A stretch of DNA of 63,055 nucleotides, the filler included, from Reticulomyxa filosa (lineage: Eukaryota > Protista > Foraminifera), in NCBI GenBank assembly GCA_000512085.1. It is 19 parts of 19 records of this genome, joined end to end, with 100 filler letters (N's around TTAATTAATTAA, not from the genome) between each part and the next. Parts side by side here need not be neighbours in the genome. Positions count along the whole stretch, not along the records: positions 35,013 to 39,547 come from ASPP01010551.1; positions 39,648 to 43,541 come from ASPP01007965.1; positions 43,642 to 45,012 come from ASPP01017976.1; positions 45,113 to 46,153 come from ASPP01035928.1; positions 46,254 to 47,946 come from ASPP01013686.1; positions 48,047 to 52,825 come from ASPP01001997.1; 13 more parts are not named here. One strand, written 5' to 3'. The position numbers and the translations under genes were made by a program. Positions 37,635-50,528 of the stretch are shown piece after piece (positions within the stretch are counted from its first letter, which is position 1; the number at the start of each line of letters is the position of its first letter). Under the pieces are notes generated by a model. The model ran no database searches. It worked only from the letters and a program-made list of their open reading frames with translations, and was not told where the DNA came from.

Positions 37635-38889
37635 CTGCAGTCACAACCTCCCAAAAATAAAAATAAAAATAAAAAACAATCACTGTTGCAAATTCTGTTA
37701 TGGTGAGCAAAAATTGTACAAAATTTGTTTGAGGCGTTGTCCTCCCTCTTTTTTTTCCCCCATTTCCAATTAATTTTATTCTTTCTGTTGGCTTGTACTC
37801 TTGAGTAAAAAAAACTGGGTTCTTTTGTTTTGTTTGGTGGAAAAATAAATATTCAACATCAAAAACACCATCTTAAAATCATTATTAATCTTCACAGTTG
37901 TAAAGAATTTAAGTACTAAACAAATAACATATCTAACAAATATTTCATCTTTATGAAGATATTTACAAGTGAGAATCATTTTTGTGACCCTTCATGCTTG
38001 TGTTTACATGAATTTTACATTAATGTTCATTTTCGGATATACATAAAAATTAATCTTTATTTCTTCGATTTGTGTCCTCATCGACACTTGATATTTTTTC
38101 TTAAATGAATCTTTAACAATATAGTTAAGAACAGAAGGAATTCTACTATTATTTAGTTTAACTTTTGTTTACGTTGTATTAAATGATTATTTGAAAAAAT
38201 GCTATTTATAAATGCATTAAATATAATCACAATTAGCTAAAATTGATTTCTTCATAATTTTTGAAACACAAGACAATAAATTTTAACTGCAATGCGAAAA
38301 ACTTTACTTTAAAAAAATTTATAAAAAGTGTAATGCATATGCTTATTTTCGGGGGGACCCCTATATATATTTACATTTAAAAATTGAGTTTATATCAGAG
38401 TATTTAGAAAATATTGTCGCATAAGCCGATAGGACTTCATTTATGTGTTTATTTTTTTTTTGTGCAATTAATCACATAGAAACAAATCAAATTTAAGTAA
38501 TATTGTTTATTCATAACACTTCTTTTTTTGGAAATTTTTTATTTATTCTTTCTTTTGATTTGTTTGTTCAAAAATGAATATAAAATTGTTGCATGACAAC
38601 TGGATGAACAAGACATCATTAAAATTTCTAAATTTATTTGATTTGAAAATTAAGTTTGAACAAACAAGATGTTTTTTGTTTAGATACAAATTTGTAAAAT
38701 TAAAGTATTTACGTTTATCCATCACAAACTTTTGCGATAATACATAGAGAAGTTTGCAAAATATAGCCCAAATTCCTTAAATTTTTACTAAATTTCTAAA
38801 ATGGATACTCATTAGTGTCCAGCGGATCAGATCTTGACGTTCGACAGTGTCAAGAGGGGGAAGAAAAGTTCGTTTGAAAAAAAGCGGAC

Positions 38890-39517
38890 ATGCAGGCATT
38901 ATCAAGGCTTTCATTGTGCAACTCATTTGGCATTAATTCCAGCCTAATAGCTTGTCAACACATAACCAAGAGGTTCAGGTCACATAAACGCTTTCCTGAG
39001 TTGGATGTGAGGGACAGACGAGACTTACATGCCGAAAAATTCAAGAAAGAGGAAGTGAAAAACACAGGTGCGATATTGCTTATTTTTCTCGCTTGTGACA
39101 AATGGCAGAAATTGAACATTTAAAATTTTCAACTGAAATTAGAAACAAATCGGATCAAATCAAAACAAAATAAAACAAACAAAAGAGCCAATAACCGATT
39201 GTATATGGCACACTCCCAAAGCGGGCTGGGAATTAGTGGGAACATCACCAACCAATCCCCGACAACTTCGTGTTGTCCGATCATGGACCCCAATTCCAGG
39301 GTTGCGCAAGTCTCGTGGCCACACAACCGGGTCTTTACACGCGATCTTGCCGGATACTTCGGTTGTGTGGACTGACTACGCGCCTGCCCTGACTGCTCAA
39401 ATCATTAAGTCTGGTGGTCGTAATTGGACGGGGAGGATCACTTGTCGTCATCGAGGAGGCAACAGAAATAAGTACATGTATCGAGCCGTCGATTTTACCC
39501 GATCCATCCATGATGAA
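38890..39517 (+). CDS. rpl2: Nucleus-encoded mitochondrial ribosomal protein uL2m, 5' part
   Basis: Presequence-like N-terminus, intron 39068-39185, then KSGGRNWTGRITCRHRGG..YRAVDFTR, the bacterial-type L2 signature. Confidence 0.8.
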
Positions 39518-39679
39518 GTTTTTTTTTTTTTTTGTGAGGGGGGGGGGNNNNNNNNNNNNNNNNNNNNNNNNNNNNNNNNNNNNNNNNNNNNTTAATTAAT
39601 TAANNNNNNNNNNNNNNNNNNNNNNNNNNNNNNNNNNNNNNNNNNNNTATATATATGTATACGTATATGTATATATTGG

Positions 39680-41202
39680 ATGAATGAACATATTCAAACT
39701 GAGCATTGTCTTGTCCATACTGTTGGATGTCTCTCGATCTTGCAATACTTGAAAATATCTTATCATTGCAGTGTCGTTTGAAGATAGGCTCTGTTTCATT
39801 GAATCATTCAAAAAAAAACAAAAAAAATAAAAATAAAAAAAATAAATGGAAAGTGGAGTTTGTATTACATATTGTGAACCTGAATGATTTGCACAGTGGT
39901 AGTGTTGTAAGTGATCATCGCAAGTCGGTGAATGATGTCGACATGGTCGACGTGTTTGTACATTTCCCAATCGACTTCAATGTGTTGACTAATCGAAGAA
40001 ATGTTCTGCCACAGGTACGACACGATATCTCTCATATCCGACAACACACTGCTTTTCATGGTTTCATCGACAAGCACGTACAGATTGAAAGCATTTGTCA
40101 CACAAACTATCAGCCATTCAATTGCACACAAAAATCTCAACAAAAAAAAAAAAAAAAAAAAGTAGCAAGATATATACATATATGTATATATCTTGCTACT
40201 TTTTTTTTGTTTTGTTTTGATCAATCAAACAAAACTGTGTTGTGACGGCGACGGAGATAGTAAGGACCGTGGATGATTTGATTGGAATGGGACGGCCAAC
40301 TTGGAAAGGGGCGTGCAAAGCGTTTGCTGACGCTTTACGCCAAGGTTGCTACTGGACTTGGACTCTTGCAATTCACTAACACGAACACACCAAGCGTCCG
40401 TACTTTGCCATGCATCCCATTCTATTATGTCGTCCATTAGTCTTGTTCGTTTATTTTGTTCCAAGCCAAAGATGTTTGTACCTTTCTTCTATGCAAATTC
40501 AATCAAAATTCAAATAAGTAAACATTATAAATACATCATAAGTGAGGAACAGGGAAAACATAATTACAACATAAACATTAACAATGACTGAATGTATACA
40601 CTTACGGTAATAGACACGGTCAAATTGTCAAAGAGATCAAATTCGTCCATATTGCCCAGACAATATAAAAAGTGATGATCAGTACACCATTGGGATGCAA
40701 TGTGGTCTTCCTCATTACTGTAAAGTACATTGTAAACTGCCTTCGAATATGCTATTGTGTCGATCCATTGATACTCATTTTCATTGGCTTGTGTGTCATT
40801 CACATATGTTATTTGGTAGTAATTATCTCTTGCTTCATCTTTGCTATTCGCATTTGCCACAAACACTGATATCCCTATTCTTATTTCTTCTTCTTCTTCT
40901 TCCTCTTCTTCTTTCCTTTCGTATTCAACTCGAATTACATCTTCCCAGATTTCATAGTATAATGCCAATTTGAACTCATCAAACCATAACTCATCTTTCA
41001 GTCTTTCTTTCCACTCAACCTCACTGTGGCATACGTAGTCCATGCAATATACTGGCCTCCTTTCCTCAACATTCTCTCGGCAACATTCTAACGCCAAAGG
41101 AAAAGAAATGCCTTGCTTCACTTGACACGAAAACAATACACACACGCTTAAAATCACATAAATTAACTCTGGATTAAGTTTCAAAAGATAAAGAATACTC
41201 AT
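39680..41202 (-). CDS. Hypothetical secreted or membrane protein, multi-exon, 3'-truncated
   Basis: Hydrophobic N-terminus, then several GC-richer exon-like ORFs (40564-41202, 40225-40464, 39865-40120) separated by AT/microsatellite introns. Confidence 0.45.
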
Positions 41203-43641
41203 TTAAGGGCTTATTTGTTTTTGTTTATATTACAATACACGTCCCCTTTTAATTACCAACACGAACAAGTCTCATTTTTTTAAAAACTATGCATCACTTA
41301 TTTTCTAGTGTCTCTCATTATTTTTGGATAAAACAACTGTTTCGCTTTGGGAAAAAGAGGATAAACGAAGGAGAGAACTCCGTTCGTAACATAATTATAC
41401 ATTATCGGAGGTATTTTAAGCAATTCTACACTGCAAACACACCAAAACGACAACTTTTTATGTCAAGTAATTTGGTACAAGTTACCAGTTAGAAAACAAG
41501 TGCCCCAAAAGAAAACAAGAGGCACGGGAGGATGAAAAAAAAAAGGTACTGTAAATCTTCTCCAAGAGGTATTCTCATAATTTAAATATGGCCTTTTCAT
41601 CACAAGATTCAAGTTGTACTTCAGAGATCCAACAACTGCAACATGAACTCAAGGTTGTGACATACAACATCATCAGATAAAATTTTGACATACAAAAAGT
41701 CCCCTTAACGTAAAAAAATACCTGAACAGAGAAAAGAGGTTCAAAATGTTGAAATTAGATGTCTTGTTGCCTCTAAATTGGTGCAGCAGGTAAGTCTTTG
41801 TGTTTTAAAAAAAGATAAATAAGGCTCTTTTTCTTTAATGTGTCAAAAAAAAAAAAAAAACAACTACGATAAAAAATGTATAATCGAATAGACGATTCGA
41901 TCACTGCTTCAAACATTGTGTATTGACGAGGCAGTTCTTTCGAACGACTCGTTTCAAATTTGTATCCCTGTTTCGTCGTACACCCAGCATATTGACGATT
42001 GGAAAGGAGCATCACCAATGAACACTGAGAAACATGGCTCATTAGAATATAAAAAAAGTGCGTATAACTGGTCGAATGGCCGGCGGGCGTCAGTATTAGC
42101 CACGCAAGTCTTTCCACAACTGCTCCAGCAATGTTCTCAAGTTTTGAGGGAGGGGAGAGGAGTGATAACACTTTTTTTTTTTTTTTTTGCACATCTTGTC
42201 TCTCTCTCTCTCGTCCCTTTTCTCTTCGATTGCTTTGTATGAAACATAAATCCATATAAATGTTTCTTTCCCCTTTGTCAAACTTTGATGTTGTGTCACC
42301 CTTTTTCCAAACAGTATTGTCAGACCATTTCTAGGAAGTTGTTTCCCAATGACAAGAAAATAGCCAAAGAGTTCTCATTATTGTGTGAGGCTTCAGTTAC
42401 AACACGTTACTTTTTTTTTTTCTCATAAACACAACTCTCTCTCTTTTTTTCCCCTTCCCCCCCCCCCCCTCTTTTGCGTTTCTTTTTGATATTGCATGTT
42501 ATACCTACATACATTTTTTTTTTTTAACTTTTTTGATACATTTCGTTTCGTTTTCTCTTTGAAGTACTTCATCCAAATTACTTTTTCTTGCTTTGTACGT
42601 ACACATACTTACGATTTTTAATGCAACACTTTTTTTTTTTTTGGAGGTCGGAGTAAAGAAGAGGAGATTAGGAGGGACATACTTGATTGTCAGGTAGTCT
42701 CTGTCACTTAAGGAACAAAACAACATAAAATAAGGTTTTATCGTGCTTGCTGAGTTCCAATGTGAAGCTAAACAATCGGTCTGCAGAAACGCCATTGATA
42801 TGTCACAACAGTGTGACCAAGCATAAGTTGGATCGTGTGTTTTTACAATACTTGCCAGACAAATATAGACATTTTAAAAGTGTCAAAAAAACAGCTTACA
42901 GCGTGGAAAATTTGCAAAAACCTTTTTTGTTGTTGAGTTTTTTTTTTTTTTTTAGGTTCTTTTTTTTTTTTGATCGTAATGTGCCAAAAAAATTTTTTTT
43001 TTTTTTGTGATGGGATGGGGGGGGGAAGGAATTGTACAACCACCGTCTGACAGAATTCCAAATGAATTATCAGCCACTGGAGCCACTTGCATTTCCACAA
43101 AAAGAAGTTAAAGATGTTGCCTTCCCTCCGTTTCTCGTATTTGTTGCAAAAAAAAAAAGTATCTTCGATCATACAGAGCGTTAACATTTGAAAACGAGAG
43201 TATTCTGTCTTTTTTGTTTTATCTTTTTTTTGAAAAGTGAGAAAGATTTTTTTTTCTTCAAATTAATTTGTCTTTGTCAGCAATTGGGTAGGTTGTTCCA
43301 AAGTGGAAAAATTTTTTTTTTTTTTTTGGAATCCTTGTGTGATGCCTGTGTCCACTTTGTTTCGTGGTTTTTGGTCTGTGAAACAGCATGACAGATCCAG
43401 TGTGACAGACAACAATAGTCAAGAGAGAATAGATACCACCGCACAAATGTTGCTTGCAGAATTTGGTAAGTTGGAAAAACACGATGATGCAAAAAAAATA
43501 TATATATATTATATTGAGTGACAACAGCTTCTTACCAAAGTNNNNNNNNNNNNNNNNNNNNNNNNNNNNNNNNNNNNNNNNNNNNTTAATTAATTAANNN
43601 NNNNNNNNNNNNNNNNNNNNNNNNNNNNNNNNNNNNNNNNN

Positions 43642-43995
43642 TTGAAATTGTAGTGGACATATCACTTTCAAGGTACCAATTATGACGTTGGATCATATCA
43701 CTTCGATAGTACGTGACATTATCATGCGGCTGAATAGGACATGAATTCGGATTGGCTTTCAAAAATTGCTTCAAACAATTCTCACCAATGATAGGTAGTT
43801 CACCAGTGCCCTTGTGTTGTGGACAAAAAAATTCGGTAGGATAGTTGGCAACTTGTTTGCAGAGCAGGTAGATAAAGCTTTCAAATTGCTCGGTTGATTT
43901 AATTGTAATATTCAATTTTTATCGAAGTACGATTGTTTAATAGGAACTGAACTTTTTAGATCAAGATCAATGAGTAATTTTCTATCTTTTTTCCC
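43642..43995 (-). pseudogene. RING-like (TRAF-type) zinc-finger gene fragment
   Basis: FIYLLCKQVANYPTEFFCPQH..IGENCLKQFLKANPNSCPIQPH has RING-like Cys/His spacing. The first Cys is lost and there are an upstream stop and frameshift. Confidence 0.6.
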
Positions 43996-44405
43996 AATAA
44001 GGGGATAAAATATTATTTTTTGATTTTATCCTTTTCTAAAAAAAACTTTGAGAAAAACTTTTTTGAGTCAACAAGAATTTTTTTGCTGATACTTGTTCGA
44101 CTTCATTATTGTAGATGTACTTTAGTGTAATGCTAGAATTATTAAAGTAAAATTTTATCTTATTAAATGTTTGATATTTATTTTAGATATTCCCTGAAAA
44201 ATTTGAATAAAAACATAAAAAAACATTTATATCTTGTGTCATACACAATTGCAAATTTAATAAGGGGAACAAAATTTTACTCATTTCTTTCATTACTTAA
44301 TAATACAAAGGAAAGTAATTTTGTAATTATGAAATAAAAATCAAAATTATTTAAAGATAGCATGTGTTAGCAAGATATTTTAATTGTGCTTTTTTCAAAA
44401 TTTAT

Positions 44406-45012
44406 TCATCTAGTGTATTTTATAATAATTTTGTTAAAACCATCGATCCATCCTAATCTTATCTTTAATTTTCGAGCCCAATATTCAATAATAAATTTTG
44501 TTTCAATGTTTGACTGTTTATTATTTATTATTTGTTAATAAGTTTTATACAATAAAATTTACTTGTGTTTCATTAAAATAAAAACACAAATCATTACCAA
44601 CAGTGACGAATCCCATGCACGCACTTTAGTCTTCATGTGAGTTAATACTGCTATATTTTTATCTGATCCTCCAATGATATGTATATGATTGTCTTCTTTA
44701 CTCCATATTGCAACACAATTATATAATGGACTGGGTAAAGTGTTTTCAAATGTCATCCATTTATTTTCTCGAATTGAATACTTGTGCACTAATTTTGAAA
44801 CAACAGTATTGAAACCATATCCACCTTTCCATCCACCAAAGAACAAGATGATATCATTGATACACACATATGCATATTGATAGAATGTTTTGATATTATG
44901 ACAAACAGGTAGTTTCTGAAATAGAAAAGTGTTGTTATCTTCATCATATTCAATTGATAATCCTGTATTTTTTTTAAACAACAGCATTTGATAATTTTGT
45001 TTATATTTTTGA
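44406..45012 (-). CDS. Kelch-like beta-propeller protein, 3' part, ending in a W-box exon
   Basis: ILFFGGW..VHKYSIRENKW..LPSPL..IHIIGG Kelch repeats, intron 44514-44597, then final exon SNIETKFIIEYWARKLKIRLGWIDGFNKIIIKYTR*. Confidence 0.75.
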
Positions 45013-45112
45013 NNNNNNNNNNNNNNNNNNNNNNNNNNNNNNNNNNNNNNNNNNNNTTAATTAATTAANNNNNNNNNNNNNNNNNNNNNNNNNNNNNNNN
45101 NNNNNNNNNNNN

Positions 45113-46070
45113 AGATGACAAGACAGTTCGTTTATGGAATATTGAGTCAGGCAAACCAGTTCAATTATTTAATGGACATTTATCTTATGTGTATTGTGCG
45201 AAGTTTTCGCCATATCATCGTAATTATCATAATCGTAACGTCATTTGTTCTTCTTCAAATGACAAAACAATTCGTTTTTGGGATGTCAAAGATAACCAAC
45301 AATTGAAAATATTTTATGAACATGCATATTGTGTTCGTGCAATTGAATTTTCAACATTTAGTGGTGGTCGATATTTGTGTTCTGGTTCATATGATAAATC
45401 TATTCGTTTATGGGATGTTGATAAATCTAATTCATTATGTATTTTCAATGAACATAAAGGATGTATTCGTTGTGTTGCTATTTCACCGTTACAAAGCGCT
45501 AAACATAATAAAAATGATAATGAAAGTAATAGTATTGGTGTGATCGGTGGTAATGGATATACTATTTGCTCTGGATCAGATGATAACACAATTCGTATAT
45601 GGGATATCGAAAAAACTAAACAATCAATTGAATTTAAAGGACATGACAATACAGTAATCAGTGTAAAATATGGACCAAATGGATCAGGGAATAGTGGTAC
45701 TTCAAATACGATATTATCTGGATCATGGGACAAAAGTGTTCGTTTGTGGGATATTCGATCTAGCCAACAAATTCAAGTATTTAATGGACATAACACTCAT
45801 TTAAATGTTGTCGATTATTCACCGTTTGTAGTAGATAATATGGAAGCTCATGAAATTTCAAATGTCATATGTTCTGGATCATGGGATAATACACTCCGTT
45901 TTTGGGATATTCGATCAAGTAAGAAAGAATTGCACGTAATGAAAGAAAATGACAATCAAAATAACGGAGTACTGTGCGTTAAATTTATAAAATTTAAAAA
46001 TAAAATTAATAATTTTAGTGTTTATTTATATTATGGTACTTGCGAAGGTACCATTCGTATTTGGGGATGA
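45113..46070 (+). CDS. WD40-repeat protein, 3' part
   Basis: Uninterrupted ORF with repeated CSGS.D.TIR.WD units, ending GTIRIWG*. Confidence 0.9.
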
Positions 46071-46319
46071 ATATTTTTTTCATTATTTAAATCAAACCTG
46101 ATAGCCGTTGTCCTTGTTTTGCTCGGCCATTTGTTTGTTTGCTGTGTTGATTGNNNNNNNNNNNNNNNNNNNNNNNNNNNNNNNNNNNNNNNNNNNNTTA
46201 ATTAATTAANNNNNNNNNNNNNNNNNNNNNNNNNNNNNNNNNNNNNNNNNNNNTAAAAAAAAAAAAAAGGGGGAGGCGAGGGGGGGGAGGAGGGAAAAAT
46301 AATAATAATAATAATAGTC

Positions 46320-46910
46320 TTCTCACCAGTGCCTTGGGTGAGCTTATCTCCGGCAGTCGCAATTGGTCTGGCACTCTTCATAATGTGCTGTGCTGCTTCC
46401 GGCCCGAACTCGTCTCCAAACATGCCCTTCAAAGAATCTTCCAAACTTCGGAAGAGCGATATTTTTCGACTGTGTTCATTGAACGCACGATCAACTGCGT
46501 CTTGCAGCTGCCTCCCAACGTTTGAGTTCTTTTGGTCCTTTTTCACCACAAGTGCTGCTCGCTTCGTCTCTTTGTTCGCTAATATTATATAGTCTTCGTC
46601 GTCAAGGCGCGCGTCTTGCACCTCGAAATGTCCCGTCACCCCTTGCTCGTTGTTTACATTGACCTTATGCTCTTCTATGGCGTCTTTGGCCAAACCTATT
46701 GCAAGCTCTTCTTCTACTTCTTCTCCAAACAACCTTTTCAATGCGTCAAATTGACTCGCTTCTCTTTTGTGCTGTCTGAACACTTGACTTTTCTTATCCT
46801 CTAACAATTTGTCATCTCGAGCATTGTCTCCAGCTTTTATATCTACTCCGACATCAAACATATTGTGCCTTTTGATTAGATATGCCAAGTGTGGAGTTGA
46901 TTGTAGAGCC
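46320..46910 (-). CDS. Hypothetical charged protein, internal exon
   Basis: About 195 open codons bounded by intron-like sequence. Carries a duplicated F..H.R..S...LK..FG.E motif. Confidence 0.5.
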
Positions 46911-47313
46911 TTAATGTATCAGCTCAATAATGTCTTCAACCGAAAAAAAAAAAATTTTGTTATTTTTTTTTTTGTTAATCTACTTTTAAATTTTAGTTTC
47001 TTTGACAGAGAATACCTTCTTCTAAAAGTAAAACAAAGAGGTGTTATAGAAGCAGAAATAACCTTTTCATCTGAAAATTTTTTTTGAAAATTTTCAACAG
47101 TTTTCCTATTTTACAACTAACACATCCAATTGCTGCTTGTCAAAAACTCAGTGTATAAACTGACTCTTTTCGTAGCATCAGGACCTTTAGAAGAAACTTT
47201 TGTACATTGCAATAATAAGTCTCTGTATTTTTTCACAGCAAATAGTGTTTTTTTTCTTGTCTGAAATTTTTCTTTATCCTTTTTTTTCAGAAAAATTTGA
47301 GGTGTGTTATCGA

Positions 47314-47884
47314 ATGTACCCCAAAGACGGACAATGGACAACGATGAATCAAATTAATTCTCAAGTGAACGCTCATAACAGGTCAAGTACGACTAATATA
47401 ATTGCGTCTGGATTGAGGAACAGTGAGCCGGCAGCAACCCTGTTAAAATCACAAGGACAGTCGATGACAAGTGAGCAGTCGAGATACGACAATCACGGTG
47501 AAAGTGAAGAGCATCAGCAGAAGAAAAAGAAGAAGAGAATGACAGTAACAGCAACAACAGCGACGACGACGACGACGACGACGAGGAAGGAAGAAGAACG
47601 AGGCACAGCGAACAGAAAGATGAGTTGGAGATTGCAAGGACAAGCAGAGACATCATTGAACACAAAAGCGACCATTCCAGCAATGGCACTGACGCTAATT
47701 AAAAACGAAGCGTCAGTGGGAACGGAGAAGGAATATTGGAACGACAATTGCAGTCATTACAAGTACAAGTTGATGGAACGCGACAATGAAATATGTTTGG
47801 GTGATGTTGTCGCCGCTTACGTGAGCAATCGCCAAGCAAACGACAGTCAAGCGAAGTCAGTCAGATACGTAGGTAAAATAAGTG
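47314..47884 (+). CDS. Hypothetical protein, 5' exon; possible start of a CAP-Gly domain
   Basis: The ORF ends ICLGDVV...SVRYVGKI just before an intron. VRYVG resembles CAP-Gly, but the GKNDG core is not visible. Confidence 0.4.
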
Positions 47885-47894
47885 GTCATATTAC

Positions 47895-47931
<37 letters not shown>

Positions 47932-48096
47932 GCAACACACTTATTTNNNNNNNNNNNNNNNNNNNNNNNNNNNNNNNNNNNNNNNNNNNNTTAATTAATT
48001 AANNNNNNNNNNNNNNNNNNNNNNNNNNNNNNNNNNNNNNNNNNNNTTTTTTTTTTTTTTTTTAATAAAAAAACAAGGATCGAGAGGAAATTAAAA

Positions 48097-48615
48097 CTTG
48101 TTAAAACGATTATCCACCAAAACAAAAATTTCGTGGGTATTTGTGCCATTGGATAAAGTTTCTGCAGGCAAATAAAAAGAAAATGCTTGGTAACCTCCTG
48201 CACGATGATCTCCAATGTAATTGCCGTCGACATACAACTGACAGTAAAAAGAACATGCACTGAAATACACCAGTATGTCGTGTAACTCTTCAATTTCGAC
48301 AAAGGCTCGGTAAAATCCTGTCCCTCGCGGACCTAATATCCCTACGGGAGCAACGTCAAAACTGTTAGGGACTGTCACAAGTTGTGGCGTCAGTTCAATC
48401 ATCTGCTCTGTGCTTATATTCGAAAAGACATCAAAATTATTCTGATATCCAAAATACCATTCTCCATCCATTACTTGCACTGTTCGCGTTGGATAATGAG
48501 GCCAATAAGGCAGTGTATTCGACCATTTCCAGTTTGTTGATGGCTTGTTGGACAATATGCAGCCCCACAAACTTATTAGAAATAAAATTCTGATGAAAAC
48601 ATGTGACCACATCAT
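48097..48615 (-). CDS. Glycoside hydrolase family 2 (beta-glucuronidase/galactosidase-like), secreted, first exon
   Basis: Signal peptide, then MDGEWYF, VTVPNSFD, G.GFYR, YVDGNYIGDH.GGY..F and IFVLVDNRF, matching the GH2 sugar-binding N-domain. Confidence 0.8.
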
Positions 48616-48997
48616 TGATCTTATCCTATTTTTTTCATTCAATTATTTCTTTTCAATTTTATATTTCCAAAAAAAAGTTAATAGAAATAAGTTTCACTAA
48701 TATATCTCGGTTTTCAATTTTATTCAATTTTCCAGAACTGCTTTGTTCTTTTTGCAAAAAAAAAAAAAATATCTTACGATAATATAAATAATTCAATCAA
48801 GTTTGTTCGTCGATTGTAAAAAGAATACAGACAATACTTTGAACAGATAAACAAAAAACACATCCGAGTTATTGAAAACGTGTCTACAGTAAATCTGTGT
48901 TACTTTCTCTTAACAACACAAGTTCCGTCCTTCTTTGACTATTTTAAAAAAAAAAGCAAGCTATTTTGAAATAAAGATAAATCGGATTATTGAAGAA

Positions 48998-49456
48998 ATG
49001 GACGTTACTACTAACGAAAAAAGAAATGAAATACTGCTGTTGGTAAGTTTTCCTTTAAAATCTTTTCAGTACATTTTGTGTTATTACTAACAAAAACACA
49101 GTTAGGACAAGTGCAATTGATAATTCAAAACTGGCTTCGCATTTTAAATATTAAATTAGGATGGATCAATGATTTTGACAGATTGGTTACAAAATACGTT
49201 AAATTTTTTTTTTTTTTGTCCTGAATTGAATAAAATGCTCATTGATTAACATATATATGTGAAGTATTTTTCAGATGATCAAGCCATTGTGTCTTGTTCA
49301 TTGGATACTACGATTCGTTTGTGGGATGTGAAATCAGAAAATGAAATACAAAAGTTAGAAGGACACTCAAATTGGATTACAAGTATTGATGTTTCACCAA
49401 ATGATGATATAATTGCATCATGTTCTTATGATAGAACAATCAGAATATGTGGATAA
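48998..49456 (+). pseudogene. Internally deleted W-box/WD40 gene
   Basis: A 15-codon exon (48998-49042) and a W-box exon (49102-49197), then only the last two WD repeats, ending RTIRICG*. Confidence 0.75.
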
Positions 49457-49667
49457 CATTAGAATGCAAAAAAAAAAGTTAATATTTAAAATGAAATATT
49501 ATTAAGACAATCGATTTTCAATGAAGAAACGACATTTAATTTAAATTTTTTTTAAGTATTTATAGTTTTCAAATATAATTTTGTATTTTTTATTTTATCT
49601 TTATTAATGTGTTCCCACAATTACGAAGGAGTAAATGAAACAACAATTATTTGTTAGAAAAACAATG

Positions 49668-50528
49668 CTAACCCCAAATGCAAATTGTACCGTTTTTTGA
49701 ACCATAACACAGATTAATATAATATTCACGACTATTATTGCTTTTTTTTAATTGTATAAATTTAAGACAAAATATTCCATTATACTCTTTACTATTATCT
49801 CCATTGATTACATACAGTTCCTTCTTATTTGATCGAATATCCCAAAAACGAATTGTGTTACATGCGTTGTGTATCCGTTGAGTAATGCAATTGCCGATTA
49901 TGTTTGATATCCCAAAAACGAATAGTTCCATCATCTGATGAAGAACAAATGACATTACAATGATGCTTAAGATAATGATATGGTGAAAATTTCACACAAT
50001 TTACTCTATCTAAATGTTCATGGAATAAATGAATTTGTTTATTGGTCTCTACATCCCATACACAAACTGTACAATCATATGATCCAGAACAAAGGAATTG
50101 ACGATCATCGATTGTGAAATAATCAATGCCACATACACAACAAGTGTGTCCAGAGAATATTTTAAGTAATTTGGACATTGAGCGGAATGTGTCAAGCATA
50201 AAGATATTCTTTGACTATGTTAAATATTGATTATAATAATAATAAATATATATTTGTACATTTTAATTGTCATGGAATGACAAGTGAAAAAAATAAACAT
50301 AACATAATTGATAACAAGCACGTTTAAATCATTAATCCATCCGAATTTTATGTGAAATATTCGAATCCAATATTGAATAATCATTTGGATATCTTCTTCT
50401 GACTAAAATTTGATCATATATCACATGCAAAAACACAAAAGCTAAAGATAATTAGCATTCTTAAAGATTGAACTGAAGCTTACCAATGCCAATTGCGTTG
50501 AATTTTGTCCATTATTGAGAGTGGTCAT
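49668..50528 (-). pseudogene. Internally deleted, frameshifted W-box/WD40 gene
   Basis: A 15-codon exon (50528-50484), a W-box exon (50402-50304), two WD repeats, then an out-of-frame jump near 49860 to the terminal repeat (NTIRFWDIRS..GTICIWG*). Confidence 0.8.

Noticed and set aside
38341-38366. GCTTATTTTCGGGGGGACCCC-TA resembling a pogo/mariner terminus
   Set aside because: Single copy with no partner end or transposase nearby.
38815-38830. CTGGA(T/C)A-like motif upstream of several gene starts (also ~751 and ~60501)
   Set aside because: Too short and too few instances to separate from chance without a motif-enrichment test.
41880-43520. Scattered plus-strand exon-like segments
   Set aside because: Stops interrupt the candidate frames and no homology was recognised, so no model is supportable.
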